A stretch of 64,000 nt of DNA from Eledone cirrhosa (lineage: Eukaryota): the NCBI GenBank assembly GCA_964016885.1, contig OZ024764.1:21514001-21578000 (forward strand), written 5' to 3'. How positions within the stretch are numbered: position 1 is the stretch's first letter; the number at the start of each line of letters is the position of its first letter. The translations under genes were made by a program, and so were the position numbers. Of the stretch, positions 15,001-30,000 are shown piece after piece. Below the pieces are notes generated by a model, which ran no database searches, had not been told where the DNA came from, and worked only from the letters and a program-made list of their open reading frames with translations.

Positions 15001-18000
15001 AATAACTACTTTTATCAGTCAGTTTAATCTAATGTCACTAATAACTACTTTTATCAGTCAGTTTAATCTAATGTCACTAATAACTACTTTTATCAGTCAG
15101 TTTAATCTAATGTAATTACTTTTATCAGTCAGTATAATTTAATGTCACTAATAACTACTTTTATCAGTCAGTATAATCTAATGTCACTAATAACTACTTT
15201 TATCAGTCAGTTTAATCTAATGTCACTAATAACTACTTTTATCAGTCAGTTTAATCTAATGTCACTAATAACTACTTTTATCAGCCAGTTTAATCTAATG
15301 TCACTAATAACTACTTTTATCAGTCAGTTTAATCTAATGTCACTAATTAGCTCTTTTATCAGTCAGTTTAATCTAATGTCACTAATAACTACTTTTATCA
15401 GTCAGTTTAATCTAATGTCACTAATAACTACTTTTATCAGTCAGTTTAATCTAATGTCACTAATAACTGCTTTTATCAGTCAGTTTAATCTAATGTCACT
15501 AATAACTACTTTTATCAGTCATTTTAATCTAATGTCACTAATAACTACGTTTATCAGTCAGTTTAATCTAATGTCACTAATAACTACTTTTATCAGTCAG
15601 TTCAATCTAATGTCACTAATAACTACTTTTATCAGTCAGTATAATCTAATGTCACTAATAACTACTTTTATCAGTCAGTTTAATCTAATGTAATAACTAC
15701 TTTTATCAGTCAGTTTAATCTAATGTCACTAATAACTACTTTTATCAGTCAGTTTAATCTAATGTCACTAATAACTACTTTTATCAGTCAGTTTAATCTA
15801 ATGTCACTAATAACTACTTTTATCAGTCAGTTTAATCTAATGTCACTAATAACTACTTTTATCAGTCAGTTTAATCTAATGTCACTAATAACTACTTTTA
15901 TCAGTCAGTTTAATCTAATGTCACTAATAACTACTTTTATCAGTCAGTTCAATCTAATGTCACTAATAACTACTTTTATCAGTCAGTATAATCTAATGTC
16001 ACTAATAACTACTTTTATCAGTCAGTTTAATCTAATGTAATAACTACTTTTATCAGTCAGTTTAATCTAATGTCACTAATAACTACTTTTATCAGTCAGT
16101 TTAATCTAATGTCACTAATAACTACTTTTATCAGTCAGTTTAATCTAATGTCACTAATAACTACTTTTATCAGTCAGTTTAATCTAATGTAATAACTACT
16201 TTTATCAGTCAGTTTAATCTAATGTCACTAATAACTACTTTTATCAGTCAGTATAATCTAATGTCACTAATAACTACTTTTATCAGTCAGTATAATCTAA
16301 TGTCACTAATAACTACTTTTATCAGTCAGTTCAATCTAATGTCACTAATAACTACTTTTATCAGTCAGTTCAATCTAATGTCACTAATAACTACTTTTAT
16401 CAGTCAGTATAATCTAATGTCACTAATAACTACTTTTATCAGTCAGTTTAATCTAATGTAATAACTACTTTTATCAGTCAGTTTAATCTAGTGTCACTAA
16501 TAACTACTTTTATCAGTCAGTTTAATCTAATGTAATAACTACTTTTATCAGTCAGTATAATCTAATGTCACTAATAACTACTTTTATCAGTCAGTATAAT
16601 CTAATGTAATAACTACTTTTATCAGTCAGTATAATCTAATGTCACTAATAACTACTTTTATCAGTCAGTATAATCTAATGTCACTAATAACTACTTTTAT
16701 CAGTCAGTATAATCTAATGTCACTAATAACTACTTTTATCAGTCAGTTTAATCTAATGTCACTAATAACTACTTTTATCAGTCAGTATAATCTACTGCCA
16801 CTAATAACTACTTTTATCAGTCAGTTTAATCTAATGTCACTAATAACTACTTTTATCAGTCAGTTTAATCTAATGTCACTAATAACTACTTTTATCAGTC
16901 AGTTTAATCTAATGTCACTAATAACTACTTTTATCAGTCAGTTTAATCTAATGTCACTAATAACTACTTTTATCAGTCAGTTTAATCTAATGTCACTAAT
17001 AACTACTTTCATCAGTCAGTTTAATCTACTGCCACTAATAACTACTTTTATCAGTCAGTATAATCTAATGTCACTAATAACTACTTTTATCAGTCAGTTT
17101 AATCTACTGCCACTAATAACTACTTTTATCAGTCAGTATAATCTAATGTCACTAATAACTACTTTTATCAGTCAGTATAATCTACTGCCACTAATAACTA
17201 CTTTTATCAATCAGTTTAATCTAATGTCACTAATAACTACTTTTATCGGTCAGTTTAATCTAATGTAATAACTACTTTTATCAGTCAGTTTAATCTAATG
17301 TCACTAATAACTACTTTTATCAGTCAGTTTAATCTAATGTCACTAATAACTACTTTTATCAGTCAGTTTAATCTAATGTAATAACTACTTTTATCAGTCA
17401 GTTTAATCTAGTGTCACTAATAACTACTTTTATCAGTCAGTTTAATCTAATGTAATAACTACTTTTATCAGTCAGTATAATCTAATGTCACTAATAACTA
17501 CTTTTATCAGTCAGTATAATCTAATGTCACTAATAACTACTTTTATCAGTCAGTTCAATCTAATGTCACTAATAACTACTTTTATCAGTCAGTTCAATCT
17601 AATGTCACTAATAACTACTTTTATCAGTCAGTATAATCTAATGTCACTAATAACTACTTTTATCAGTCAGTTTAATCTAATGTAATAACTACTTTTATCA
17701 GTCAGTTTAATCTAGTGTCACTAATAACTACTTTTATCAGTCAGTTTAATCTAATGTAATAACTACTTTTATCAGTCTGTATAATCTAATGTCACTAATA
17801 ACTACTTTTATCAGTCAGTATAATCTAATGTCACTAATAACTACTTTTATCAGTCAGTATAATCTAATGTCACTAATAACTACTTTTATCAGTCAGTATA
17901 ATCTAATGTCACTAATAACTACTTTTATCAGTCAGTTTAATCTAATGTCACTAATAACTACTTTTATCAGTCAGTATAATCTACTGCCACTAATAACTAC

Positions 18001-21000
18001 TTTTATCAGTCAGTTTAATCTACTGCCACTAATAACTACTTTTATCAGTCAGTTTAATCTAATGTCACTAATAACTACTTTTATCAGTCAGTTTAATCTA
18101 ATGTCACTAATAACTACTTTTATCAGTCAGTTTAATCTAATGTCACTAATAACTACTTTTATCAGTCAGTTTAATCTAATGTCACTAATAACTACTTTTA
18201 TCAGTCAGTTTAATCTAATGTCACTAATAACTACTTTCATCAGTCAGTTTAATCTACTGCCACTAATAACTACTTTTATCAGTCAGTATAATCTAATGTC
18301 ACTAATAACTACTTTTATCAGTCAGTTTAATCTACTGCCACTAATAACTACTTTTATCAGTCAGTATAATCTAATGTCACTAATAACTACTTTTATCAGT
18401 CAGTATAATCTACTGCCACTAATAACTACTTTTATCAATCAGTTTAATCTAATGTCACTAATAACTACTTTTATCGGTCAGTTTAATCTAATGTAATAAC
18501 TACTTTTATCAGTCAGTTTAATCTAATGTCACTAATAACTACTTTTATCGGTCAGTTTAATCTAATGTAATAACTACTTTTATCAGTCAGTTTAATCTAA
18601 TGTCACTAATAACTACTTTTATCAGTCAGTATAATCTAATGTCACTAATAACTACTTTTATCAGTCAGTTTAATCTAATGTCACTAATAACTACTTTTAT
18701 CAGTCAGTTTAATCTAATGTCACTAATAACTACTTTTATCAGTCAGTTTAATCTAATGTCACTAATAACTACTTTTATCAGTCAGTTTAATCTAATGTAA
18801 TAACTACTTTTATCTGTCAGTTTAATCTAATGTCACTAATAACTACTTTTATCAGTCAGTTTAATCTAATGTCACTAATAACTACTTTTATCAGTCAGTT
18901 TTAATCTAATGTCACTAATAACTACTTTTATCAGTCAGTTTAATCTAATGTCACTAATAACTACTTTTATCAGTCAGTATAATCTAATGTCACTAATAAC
19001 TACTTTTATCAGTCAGTATAATCTAATGTCACTAATAACTACTTTTATCAGTCAGTTTAATCTAATGTAATAACTACTTTTATCAGTCAGTTTTAATCTA
19101 ATGTCACTAATAACTACTTTTATCAGTCAGTTTAATCTAATGTAATAACTACTTTTATCAGTCAGTTTAATCTAATGTAATTACTTTTATCAGTCAGTAT
19201 AATTTAATGTCACTAATAACTACTTTTATCAGTCAGTATAATCTAATGTCACTAATAACTACTTTTATCAGTCAGTTTAATCTAATGTCACTAATAACTA
19301 CTTTTATCAGTCAGTTTAATCTAATGTCACTAATAACTACTTTTATCAGTCAGTTTAATCTAATGTCACTAATAACTACTTTTATCAGTCAGTTTAATCT
19401 AATGTAATTACTTTTATCAGTCAGTATAATTTAATGTCACTAATAACTACTTTTATCAGTCAGTATAATCTAATGTCACTAATAACTACTTTTATCAGTC
19501 AGTTTAATCTAATGTCACTAATAACTACTTTTATCAGTCAGTTTAATCTAATGTCACTAATAACTACTTTTATCAGCCAGTTTAATCTAATGTCACTAAT
19601 AACTACTTTTATCAGTCAGTTTAATCTAATGTCACTAATAACTACTTTTATCAGTCAGTTTAATCTAATGTCACTAATAACTACTTTTATCAGTCAGTTT
19701 AATCTAATGTCACTAATAACTACTTTTATCAGTCAGTTTAATCTAATGTCACTAATAACTACTTTTATCAGTCAGTTTAATCTAATGTCACTAATAACTA
19801 GTTTTATCAGTCAGAATAATCTAATCTCACTAATAACTACTTTTATCAGTCAGTTTAATCTAATGTCACTAATAACTACTTTTATCAGTCAGTTTAATCT
19901 AATGTCACTAATAACTACTTTTATCAGTCAGTTTAATCTAATGTCACTAATAACTGCTTTTATCAGTCAGTTTAATCTAATGTCACTAATAACTACTTTT
20001 ATCAGTCATTTTAATCTAATGTCACTAATAACTACGTTTATCAGTCAGTTTAATCTAATGTCACTAATAACTACTTTTATCAGTCAGTTCAATCTAATGT
20101 CACTAATAACTACTTTTATCAGTCAGTATAATCTAATGTCACTAATAACTACTTTTATCAGTCAGTTTAATCTAATGTAATAACTACTTTTATCAGTCAG
20201 TTTAATCTAATGTCACTAATAACTACTTTTATCAGTCAGTTTAATCTAATGTCACTAATAACTACTTTTATCAGTCAGTTTAATCTAATGTCACTAATAA
20301 CTACTTTTATCAGTCAGTTTAATCTAATGTCACTAATAACTACTTTTATCAGTCAGTTTAATCTAATGTCACTAATAACTACTTTTATCAGTCAGTTTAA
20401 TCTAATGTCACTAATAACTACTTTTATCAGTCAGTTCAATCTAATGTCACTAATAACTACTTTTATCAGTCAGTATAATCTAATGTCACTAATAACTACT
20501 TTTATCAGTCAGTTTAATCTAATGTAATAACTACTTTTATCAGTCAGTTTAATCTAATGTCACTAATAACTACTTTTATCAGTCAGTTTAATCTATTGTC
20601 ACTAATAACTACTTTTATCAGTCAGTTTAATCTAATGTCACTAATAACTACTTTTATCAGTCAGTTTAATCTAATGTAATAACTACTTTTATCAGTCAGT
20701 TTAATCTAATGTCACTAATAACTACTTTTATCAGTCAGTATAATCTAATGTCACTAATAACTACTTTTATCAGTCAGTATAATCTAATGTCACTAATAAC
20801 TACTTTTATCAGTCAGTTTAATCTAATGTAATAACTACTTTTATCAGTCAGTATAATCTAATGTCACTAATAACTACTTTTATCAGTCAGTATAATCTAA
20901 TGTCACTAATAACTACTTTTATCAGTCAGTATAATCTAATGTCACTAATAACTACTTTTATCAGTCAGTATAATCTAATGTCACTAATAACTACTTTTAT

Positions 21001-24000
21001 CAGTCAGTTTAATCTAATGTCACTAATAACTACTTTTATCAGTCAGTTTAATCTAATGTAATAACTACTTTTATCAGTCAGTATAATCTAATGTCACTAA
21101 TAACTACTTTTATCAGTCAGTTTAATCTAATGTCACTAATAACTACTTTTATCAGTCAGTTTAATCTACTGCCACTAATAACTACTTTTATCAGTCAGTT
21201 TAATCTAATGTCACTAATAACTACTTTTATCAGTCAGTTTAATCTAATGTCACTAATAACTACTTTTATCAGTCAGTATAATCTAATGTCACTAATAACT
21301 ACTTTTATCAGTCAGTTTAATCTAATGTAATAACTACTTTTATCAGTCAGTTTAATCTAATGTCACTAATAACTACTTTTATCAGTCAGTTTAATCTAAT
21401 GTCACTAATAACTACTTTTATCAGTCAGTTTAATCTAATGTAATAACTACTTTTATCAGCCAGTTTAATCTAATGTCACTAATAACTACTTTTATCAGTC
21501 AGTATAATCTAATGTCACTAATAACTACTTTTATCAGTCAGTTTAATCTAATGTAATAACTACTTTTATCAGTCATTTTAATCTAATGTAATAACTACTT
21601 TTATCAGTCAGTTTAATCTAATGTCACTAATAACTACTTTTATCAGTCAGTTTAATCTAATGTCACTAATAACTAGTTTTATCAGTCAGTTTAATCTAAT
21701 GTCACTAATAACTACTTTTATCAGTCAGTTTAATCTAATGTCACTAATAACTACTTTTATCAGTCAGTTCAATCTAATGTCACTAATAACTACTTTTATC
21801 AGTCAGTATAATCTAATGTCACTAATAACTACTTTTATCAGTCAGTATAATCTAATGTCACTAATAACTACTTTTATCAGTCAGTTTAATCTAATGTAAT
21901 AACTACTTTTATCAGTCAGTATAATCTAATGTCACTAATAGCTACTTTTAGCAGTCAGTATAATCTAATGTCACTAATAACTACTTTTATCAGTCAGTAT
22001 AATCTAATGTCACTAATAACTACTTTTATCAGTCAGTATAATCTAATGTCACTAATAACTACTTTTATCAGTCAGTTTAATCTAATGTCACTAATAACTA
22101 CTTTTATCAGTCAGTTTAATCTAATGTAATAACTACTTTTATCAGTCAGTATAATCTAATGTCACTAATAACTACTTTTATCAGTCAGTATAATCTAATG
22201 TCACTAATAACTACTTTTATCAGTCAGTTTAATCTAATGTCACTAATAACTACTTTTATCAGTCAGTTTAATCTACTGCCACTAATAACTACTTTTATCA
22301 GTCATTTTAATCTAATGTCACTAATAACTACTTTTATCAGTCAGTTTAATCTAATGTCACTAATAACTACTTTTATCAGTCAGTTTAATCGAATGTCACT
22401 AATAACTACTTTTATCAGTCAGTTTTAATCTAATGTCACTAATAACTACTTTTATCAGTCAGTTTAATCTAATGTCACTAATAACTACTTTTATCAGTCA
22501 GTATAATCTAATGTCACTAATAACTACTTTTATCAGTCAGTATAATCTAATGTCACTAATAACTACTTTTATCAGTCAGTTTAATCTAATGTAATAACTA
22601 CTTTTATCAGTCAGTTTTAATCTAATGTCACTAATAACTACTTTTATCAGTCAGTTTAATCTAATGTAATAACTACTTTTATCAGTCAGTATAATCTAAT
22701 GTCACTAATAACTACTTTTATCAGTCAGTTTAATCTAATGTAATTACTTTTATCAGTCAGTATAATCTAATGTCACTAATAACTACTTTTATCAGTCAGT
22801 ATAATCTAATGTCACTAATAACTACTTTTATCAGTCAGTTTAATCTAATGTCACTAATAACTACTTTTATCAGTCAGTTTAATCTAATGTCACTAATAAC
22901 TACTTTTATCAGTCAGTTTAATCTAACGTCACTAATAACTACTTTTATCAGTCAGTTTAATCTAATGTCACTAATAACTACTTTTATCAGTCAGTTTAAT
23001 CTAATGTCACTAATAACTACTTTTATCAGTCAGTTTAATCTAATGTCACTAATAACTACTTTTATCAGTCAGTTTAATCTAATGTCACTAATAACTACTT
23101 TTATCAGTCAGTTTAATCTAATGTCACTAATAACTACTTTTATCAGTCATTTTAATCTAATGTCACTAATAACTACGTTTATCAGTCAGTTTAATCTAAT
23201 GTCACTAATAACTACTTTTATCAGTCAGTTCAATCTAATGTCACTAATAACTACTTTTATCAGTCAGTATAATCTAATGTCACTAATAACTACTTTTATC
23301 AGTCAGTTTAATCTAATGTAATAACTACTTTTATCAGTCAGTTTAATCTAATGTCACTAATAACTACTTTTATCAGTCAGTTTAATCTAATGTCACTAAT
23401 AACTACTTTTATCAGTCAGTTTAATCTAATGTCACTAATAACTACTTTTATCAGTCAGTTTAATCTAATGTCACTAATAACTACTTTTATCAGTCAGTTT
23501 AATCTAATGTCACTAATAACTACTTTTATCAGTCAGTTTAATCTAATGTCACTAATAACTACTTTTATCAGTCAGTTTAATCTAATGTCACTAATAACTA
23601 CTTTTATCAGTCAGTTTAATCTAATGTCACTAATAACTACTTTTATCAGTCAGTTTAATCTAATGTCACTAATAACTACTTTTATCAGTCAGTTTAATCT
23701 AATGTCACTAATAACTACTTTTATCAGTCAGTTCAATCTAATGTCACTAATAACTACTTTTATCAGTCAGTATAATCTAATGTCACTAATAACTACTTTT
23801 ATCAGTCAGTTTAATCTAATGTAATAACTACTTTTATCAGTCAGTTTAATCTAATGTCACTAATAACTACTTTTATCAGTCAGTTTAATCTAATGTCACT
23901 AATAACTACTTTTATCAGTCAGTTTAATCTAATGTCACTAATAACTACTTTTATCAGTCAGTTTAATCTAATGTAATAACTACTTTTATCAGTCAGTTTA

Positions 24001-27000
24001 ATCTAATGTCACTAATAACTACTTTTATCAGTCAGTATAATCTAATGTCACTAATAACTACTTTTATCAGTCAGTATAATCTAATGTCACTAATAACTAC
24101 TTTTATCAGTCAGTATAATCTAATGTCACTAATAACTACTTTTATCAGTCATTATAATCTAATGTCACTAATAACTACTTTTATCAGTCAGTTTAATCTA
24201 ATGTCACTAATAACTACTTTTATCAGTCAGTTTAATCTAATGTAATAACTACTTTTATCAGTCAGTATAATCTAATGTCACTAATAACTACTTTTATCAG
24301 TCAGTATAATCTAATGTCACTAATAACTACTTTTATCAGTCAGTTTAATCTAATGTCACTAATAACTACTTTTATCAGTCAGTTTAATCTACTGCCACTA
24401 ATAACTACTTTTATCAGTCAGTTTAATCTAATGTCACTAATAACTACTTTTATCAGTCAGTTTAATCTAATGTCACTAATAACTACTTTTATCAGTCAGT
24501 TTAATCTACTGCCACTAATAACTACTTTTATCAGTCAGTTTAATCTAATGTCACTAATAACTAGTTTTATCAGTCAGTTTAATCTAATGTCACTAATAAC
24601 TACTTTTATCAGTCAGTTTAATCTAATGTAATAACTACTTTTATCAGTCAGTATAATCTAATGTCACTAATAACTACTTTTATCAGTCAGTTTAATCTAA
24701 TGTAATTACTTTTATCAGTCAGTATAATCTAATGTCACTAATAACTACTTTTATCAGTCAGTTTAATCTAATGTCACTAATAACTACTTTTATCAGTCAG
24801 TTTAATCTAATGTCACTAATAACTACTTTTATCAGTCAGTTTAATCTACTGCCACTAATAACTACTTTTATCAGTCAGTTTAATCTAATGTCACTAATAA
24901 CTACTTTTATCAGTCAGTTTAATCTAATGTCACTAATAACTACTTTTATCAGTCATTTTAATCTAATGTCACTAATAACTACGTTTATCAGTCAGTTTAA
25001 TCTAATGTCACTAATAACTACTTTTATCAGTCAGTTCAATCTAATGTCACTAATAACTACTTTTATCAGTCAGTATAATCTAATGTCACTAATAACTACT
25101 TTTATCAGTCAGTATAATCTAATGTCACTAATAACTACTTTTATCAGTCAGTTTAATCTAATGTCACTAATAACTACTTTTATCAGTCAGTTTAATCTAA
25201 TGTCACTAATAACTACTTTTATCAGTCAGTTCAATCTAATGTCACTAATAACTACTTTTATCAGTCAGTATAATCTAATGTCACTAATAACTACTTTTAT
25301 CAGTCAGTTTAATCTAATGTAATAACTACTTTTATCAGTCAGTTTAATCTAATGTCACTAATAACTACTTTTATCAGTCAGTTTAATCTAATGTCACTAA
25401 TAACTACTTTTATCAGTCAGTTTAATCTAATGTAACAACTACTTTTATCAGTCAGTTTAATCTAATGTCACTAATAACTACTTTTATCAGTCAGTATAAT
25501 CTAATGTCACTAATAACTACTTTTATCAGTCAGTATAATCTAATGTCACTAATAACTACTTTTATCAGTCAGTTTAATCTAATGTAATAACTACTTTTAT
25601 CAGTCAGTTTAATCTAATGTCACTAATAACTACTTTTATCAGTCAGTTTAATCTAATGTCACTAATAACTACTTTTATCAGTCAGTTTAATCTAATGTCA
25701 CTAATAACTACTTTTATCAGTCAGTTTAATCTAATGTCACTAATAACTACTTTTATCAGTCAGTTTAATCTAATGTCACTAATAACTACTTTTATCAGTC
25801 AGTTTAATCTAATGTCACTAATAACTACTTTTATCAGTCAGTTCAATCTAATGTCACTAATAACTACTTTTATCAGTCAGTATAATCTAATGTCACTAAT
25901 AACTACTTTTATCAGTCAGTTTAATCTAATGTAATAACTACTTTTATCAGTCAGTTTAATCTAATGTCACTAATAACTACTTTTATCAGTCAGTTTAATC
26001 TATTGTCACTAATAACTACTTTTATCAGTCAGTTTAATCTAATGTCACTAATAACTACTTTTATCAGTCAGTTTAATCTAATGTAATAACTACTTTTATC
26101 AGTCAGTTTAATCTAATGTCACTAATAACTACTTTTATCAGTCAGTATAATCTAATGTCACTAATAACTACTTTTATCAGTCAGAATAATCTAATGTCAC
26201 TAATAACTACTTTTATCAGTCAGTTTAATCTAATGTAATAACTACTTTTATCAGTCAGTATAATCTAATGTCACTAATAACTACTTTTATCAGTCAGTAT
26301 AATCTAATGTCACTAATAACTACTTTTATCAGTCAGTATAATCTAATGTCACTAATAACTACTTTTATCAGTCAGTATAATCTAATGTCACTAATAACTA
26401 CTTTTATCAGTCAGTTTAATCTAATGTCACTAATAACTACTTTTATCAGTCAGTTTAATCTAATGTAATAACTACTTTTATCAGTCAGTATAATCTAATG
26501 TCACTAATAACTACTTTTATCAGTCAGTTTAATCTAATGTCACTAATAACTACTTTTATCAGTCAGTTTAATCTACTGCCACTAATAACTACTTTTATCA
26601 GTCAGTTTAATCTAATGTCACTAATAACTACTTTTATCAGTCAGTTTAATCTAATGTCACTAATAACTACTTTTATCAGTCAGTATAATCTAATGTCACT
26701 AATAACTACTTTTATCAGTCAGTTTAATCTAATGTAATAACTACTTTTATCAGTCAGTTTAATCTAATGTCACTAATAACTACTTTTATCAGTCAGTTTA
26801 ATCTAATGTCACTAATAACTACTTTTATCAGTCAGTTTAATCTAATGTAATAACTACTTTTATCAGCCAGTTTAATCTAATGTCACTAATAACTACTTTT
26901 ATCAGTCAGTATAATCTAATGTCACTAATAACTACTTTTATCAGTCAGTTTAATCTAATGTAATAACTACTTTTATCAGTCATTTTAATCTAATGTAATA

Positions 27001-30000
27001 ACTACTTTTATCAGTCAGTTTAATCTAATGTCACTAATAACTACTTTTATCAGTCAGTTTAATCTAATGTCACTAATAACTAGTTTTATCAGTCAGTTTA
27101 ATCTAATGTCACTAATAACTACTTTTATCAGTCAGTTTAATCTAATGTCACTAATAACTACTTTTATCAGTCAGTTCAATCTAATGTCACTAATAACTAC
27201 TTTTATCAGTCAGTATAATCTAATGTCACTAATAACTACTTTTATCAGTCAGTATAATCTAATGTCACTAATAACTACTTTTATCAGTCAGTTCAATCTA
27301 ATGTAATAACTACTTTTATCAGTCAGTATAATCTAATGTCACTAATAACTACTTTTAGCAGTCAGTATAATCTAATGTCACTAATAACTACTTTTATCAG
27401 TCAGTATAATCTAATGTCACTAATAACTACTTTTATCAGTCAGTATAATCTAATGTCACTAATAACTACTTTTATCAGTCAGTTTAATCTAATGTCACTA
27501 ATAACTACTTTTATCAGTCAGTTTAATCTAATGTAATAACTACTTTTATCAGTCAGTATAATCTAATGTCACTAATAACTACTTTTATCAGTCAGTATAA
27601 TCTAATGTCACTAATAACTACTTTTATCAGTCAGTTTAATCTAATGTCACTAATAACTACTTTTATCAGTCAGTTTAATCTACTGCCACTAATAACTACT
27701 TTTATCAGTCATTTTAATCTAATGTCACTAATAACTACTTTTATCAGTCAGTTTAATCTAATGTCACTAATAACTACTTTTATCAGTCAGTTTAATCGAA
27801 TGTCACTAATAACTACTTTTATCAGTCAGTTTTAATCTAATGTCACTAATAACTACTTTTATCAGTCAGTTTAATCTAATGTCACTAATAACTACTTTTA
27901 TCAGTCAGTATAATCTAATGTCACTAATAACTACTTTTATCAGTCAGTATAATCTAATGTCACTAATAACTACTTTTATCAGTCAGTTTAATCTAATGTA
28001 ATAACTACTTTTATCAGTCAGTTTTAATCTAATGTCACTAATAACTACTTTTATCAGTCAGTTTAATCTAATGTAATAACTACTTTTATCAGTCAGTATA
28101 ATCTAATGTCACTAATAACTACTTTTATCAGTCAGTTTAATCTAATGTAATTACTTTTATCAGTCAGTATAATCTAATGTCACTAATAACTACTTTTATC
28201 AGTCAGTATAATCTAATGTCACTAATAACTACTTTTATCAGTCAGTTTAATCTAATGTCACTAATAACTACTTTTATCAGTCAGTTTAATCTAATGTCAC
28301 TAATAACTACTTTTATCAGTCAGTTTAATCTAACGTCACTAATAACTACTTTTATCAGTCAGTTTAATCTAATGTCACTAATAACTACTTTTATCAGTCA
28401 GTTTAATCTAATGTCACTAATAACTACTTTTATCAGTCAGTTTAATCTAATGTCACTAATAACTACTTTTATCAGTCAGTTTAATCTAATGTCACTAATA
28501 ACTACTTTTATCAGTCAGTTTAATCTAATGTCACTAATAACTACTTTTATCAGTCATTTTAATCTAATGTCACTAATAACTACGTTTATCAGTCAGTTTA
28601 ATCTAATGTCACTAATAACTACTTTTATCAGTCAGTTCAATCTAATGTCACTAATAACTACTTTTATCAGTCAGTATAATCTAATGTCACTAATAACTAC
28701 TTTTATCAGTCAGTTTAATCTAATGTAATAACTACTTTTATCAGTCAGTTTAATCTAATGTCACTAATAACTACTTTTATCAGTCAGTTTAATCTAATGT
28801 CACTAATAACTACTTTTATCAGTCAGTTTAATCTAATGTCACTAATAACTACTTTTATCAGTCAGTTTAATCTAATGTCACTAATAACTACTTTTATCAG
28901 TCAGTTTAATCTAATGTCACTAATAACTACTTTTATCAGTCAGTTTAATCTAATGTCACTAATAACTACTTTTATCAGTCAGTTTAATCTAATGTCACTA
29001 ATAACTACTTTTATCAGTCAGTTTAATCTAATGTCACTAATAACTACTTTTATCAGTCAGTTTAATCTAATGTCACTAATAACTACTTTTATCAGTCAGT
29101 TCAATCTAATGTCACTAATAACTACTTTTATCAGTCAGTATAATCTAATGTCACTAATAACTACTTTTATCAGTCAGTTTAATCTAATGTAATAACTACT
29201 TTTATCAGTCAGTTTAATCTAATGTCACTAATAACTACTTTTATCAGTCAGTTTAATCTAATGTCACTAATAACTACTTTTATCAGTCAGTTTAATCTAA
29301 TGTCACTAATAACTACTTTTATCAGTCAGTTTAATCTAATGTAATAACTACTTTTATCAGTCAGTTTAATCTAATGTCACTAATAACTACTTTTATCAGT
29401 CAGTATAATCTAATGTCACTAATAACTACTTTTATCAGTCAGTATAATCTAATGTCACTAATAACTACTTTTATCAGTCAGTATAATCTAATGTCACTAA
29501 TAACTACTTTTATCAGTCATTATAATCTAATGTCACTAATAACTACTTTTATCAGTCAGTTTAATCTAATGTCACTAATAACTACTTTTATCAGTCAGTT
29601 TAATCTAATGTAATAACTACTTTTATCAGTCAGTATAATCTAATGTCACTAATAACTACTTTTATCAGTCAGTATAATCTAATGTCACTAATAACTACTT
29701 TTATCAGTCAGTTTAATCTAATGTCACTAATAACTACTTTTATCAGTCAGTTTAATCTACTGCCACTAATAACTACTTTTATCAGTCAGTTTAATCTAAT
29801 GTCACTAATAACTACTTTTATCAGTCAGTTTAATCTAATGTCACTAATAACTACTTTTATCAGTCAGTTTAATCTACTGCCACTAATAACTACTTTTATC
29901 AGTCAGTTTAATCTAATGTCACTAATAACTAGTTTTATCAGTCAGTTTAATCTAATGTCACTAATAACTACTTTTATCAGTCAGTTTAATCTAATGTAAT

